In this document: in pieces, positions 63,071 to 64,000 of the stretch
How the letters are laid out: each line of letters starts with the position of its first letter
Position numbering within the stretch: position 1 is the first letter of the stretch
Assembly: GCA_023266055.1 (NCBI GenBank)
Contig: JAHFRW010000005.1
Coordinates: forward strand, 13,106 to 77,105
Direction: 5' to 3'
DNA: 64,000 nt
Source of the DNA: Gammaproteobacteria bacterium
GTDB taxonomy: Bacteria; Pseudomonadota; Gammaproteobacteria; Ga0077554; Ga007554
Notes under the pieces: model-generated
The model's input: the letters and a program-made list of their open reading frames with translations, nothing else
Databases searched by the model: none
Told to the model about the DNA's origin: nothing
Position numbers and translations under genes: made by a program

Positions 63071-64000
63071 ATGATTGATTGGACGTTGAATTTACTGGCT
63101 AATGGGCTTCTGGGCTTTTCCGTCTGGGGCTATATTGCCGCTGCATTGGTCATGACACATATTACCATCTCGGCAGTGACTATCTATCTGCATCGGCATC
63201 AGGCGCATCGCTCGCTGGATTTGCATCCGATCCCCAGCCATTTTTTCCGTTTCTGGTTGTGGTTGACGACCGGTATGGTCACCAAGGCCTGGTCGGCCAT
63301 TCATCGTAAACACCATGCCAAATGCGAGACGGAAGACGATCCACATAGCCCACAGGTGCTGGGCATTAAAAAAGTATTCTGGGAAGGCTCCGAGTTGTAT
63401 CGCAAGGAAGCCAGGAATCAGGAAACGCTTGAAAAGTACGGCCACGGTTCGCCGGACGACTGGATTGAACGCAACCTCTATACTCGCCACAGCCGTTACG
63501 GGATAGTGTTGATGCTGATAGTTAATATCATACTGTTTGGCATGGCGGGTATCTCCATCTGGGCAGTGCAGATGATCTGGATTCCGATCACGGCGGCGGG
63601 CATCATCAATGGCGTAGGTCATTACTGGGGTTACCGGAATTACGAGCCTGAAGATGCGTCCACCAATATTTCCCCGTGGGGTATTATCATTGGCGGTGAA
63701 GAGTTGCATAACAATCACCATGCCTTTCCGGGCTCTGCCAAGCTGTCGTCCAAGCCGTGGGAATTTGATATTGGCTGGTTCTACATTCGTGTGCTGGAGA
63801 TTTTGGGTCTGGCGCGGGTCAAGAAAGTGGCTCCGGAGCCGGTGATCACCCCGGGCAAACAGGAAGCGGACCTGGAAACCCTGCGTGCCGTGATTGTGAA
63901 TCGCCTGCATGTATTGTCCCACTATTGCCGCGATGTCATTGCGCCGGTTGTTAAAGATGAGTTGCACAAGGTGGGTAGTCCGCTGGAGCGTGCCAGGCGC
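63071..64000 (+). CDS. membrane fatty-acid (acyl-CoA/acyl-lipid delta-9-type) desaturase; 3' end beyond window
   Basis: Manual translation: MIDWTLNLLANGLL...with three His boxes HRHQAHR, HRKHHAKCE, HNNHHAF. No stop occurs before 64000, so it is absent from the ORF track. The minus-strand ORF 63092..63967 is its shadow. Confidence 0.8.
   Translation, partial: MIDWTLNLLANGLLGFSVWGYIAAALVMTHITISAVTIYLHRHQAHRSLDLHPIPSHFFRFWLWLTTGMVTKAWSAIHRKHHAKCETEDDPHSPQVLGIKKVFWEGSELYRKEARNQETLEKYGHGSPDDWIERNLYTRHSRYGIVLMLIVNIILFGMAGISIWAVQMIWIPITAAGIINGVGHYWGYRNYEPEDASTNISPWGIIIGGEELHNNHHAFPGSAKLSSKPWEFDIGWFYIRVLEILGLARVKKVAPEPVITPGKQEADLETLRAVIVNRLHVLSHYCRDVIAPVVKDELHKVGSPLERARR

Noticed and set aside
63092-63967. 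291-aa minus-strand ORF
   Set aside because: It is the antisense shadow of the + strand desaturase, which shows three canonical His boxes. The + strand gene is missing from the track only because it has no stop inside the window.

Overview
This 64-kb window looks like a proteobacterial chromosome segment, roughly 55-60% GC by eye, and is densely coding. The conserved backbone runs as follows. An ECF sigma factor is partial at the 5' edge. It is followed by pseudoazurin, an ArsC-like gene, apaG, a HIT-family gene, slt, slyD, an operon of a PA2779-like protein, a C39/TPR lipoprotein peptidase and a SelW/Rdx protein, and a JAB/MPN protein. Next come gatCAB on the minus strand, then mreBCD-mrdA-rodA-mltB-rlpA, a porin-like gene, dacA, dat and ybeD. 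An oxidative-stress cluster follows: rubredoxin reductase, rubredoxin (found by hand because it is under 60 aa), rubrerythrin and oxyR. After that come a PF10136-like membrane protein, a PEP-CTERM/PA14 protein, a YaiO-like outer-membrane barrel with a GT2 synthase, then rsmG-parA-parB-atpIBEFHAGDC-glmU-glmS, rlmKL, a GH13 amylase and a partial fatty-acid desaturase at the 3' edge.

Two accessory regions stand out. (1) Positions 1313-5828 hold a 4.5-kb insertion bounded by perfect 22-bp inverted repeats with a 4-bp ATTG target duplication. It splits a di-haem cytochrome c peroxidase gene into two pseudogene halves. Its cargo is an intact IS3-family IS with a programmed frameshift site, a transposase C-terminal remnant and a signal-peptide-bearing katG. 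(2) Positions ~15056-18870 form a low-GC island with no integrase, lying between the JAB gene and gatB and ending in a degenerate IS3 copy. It carries a small membrane protein, an FRG-domain protein and a 4-bp-overlapping DUF262 (ParB/GmrSD-N-like) protein without the usual DUF1524 nuclease. I consider this the best candidate for an undescribed, defence-like two-to-three gene system.

Other structure noted: a ~104-bp repeat present in two inverted copies (5582-5685 and 44336-44439), each with two hairpins and a compensatory stem substitution; a related CTCTAAWAATT palindrome family; and a 126-bp MITE-like mini-element carrying the same 19-bp terminal repeat as the katG unit. No rRNA, tRNA or CRISPR was recognised. 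Domain and family assignments are from recalled motifs, not from searches.
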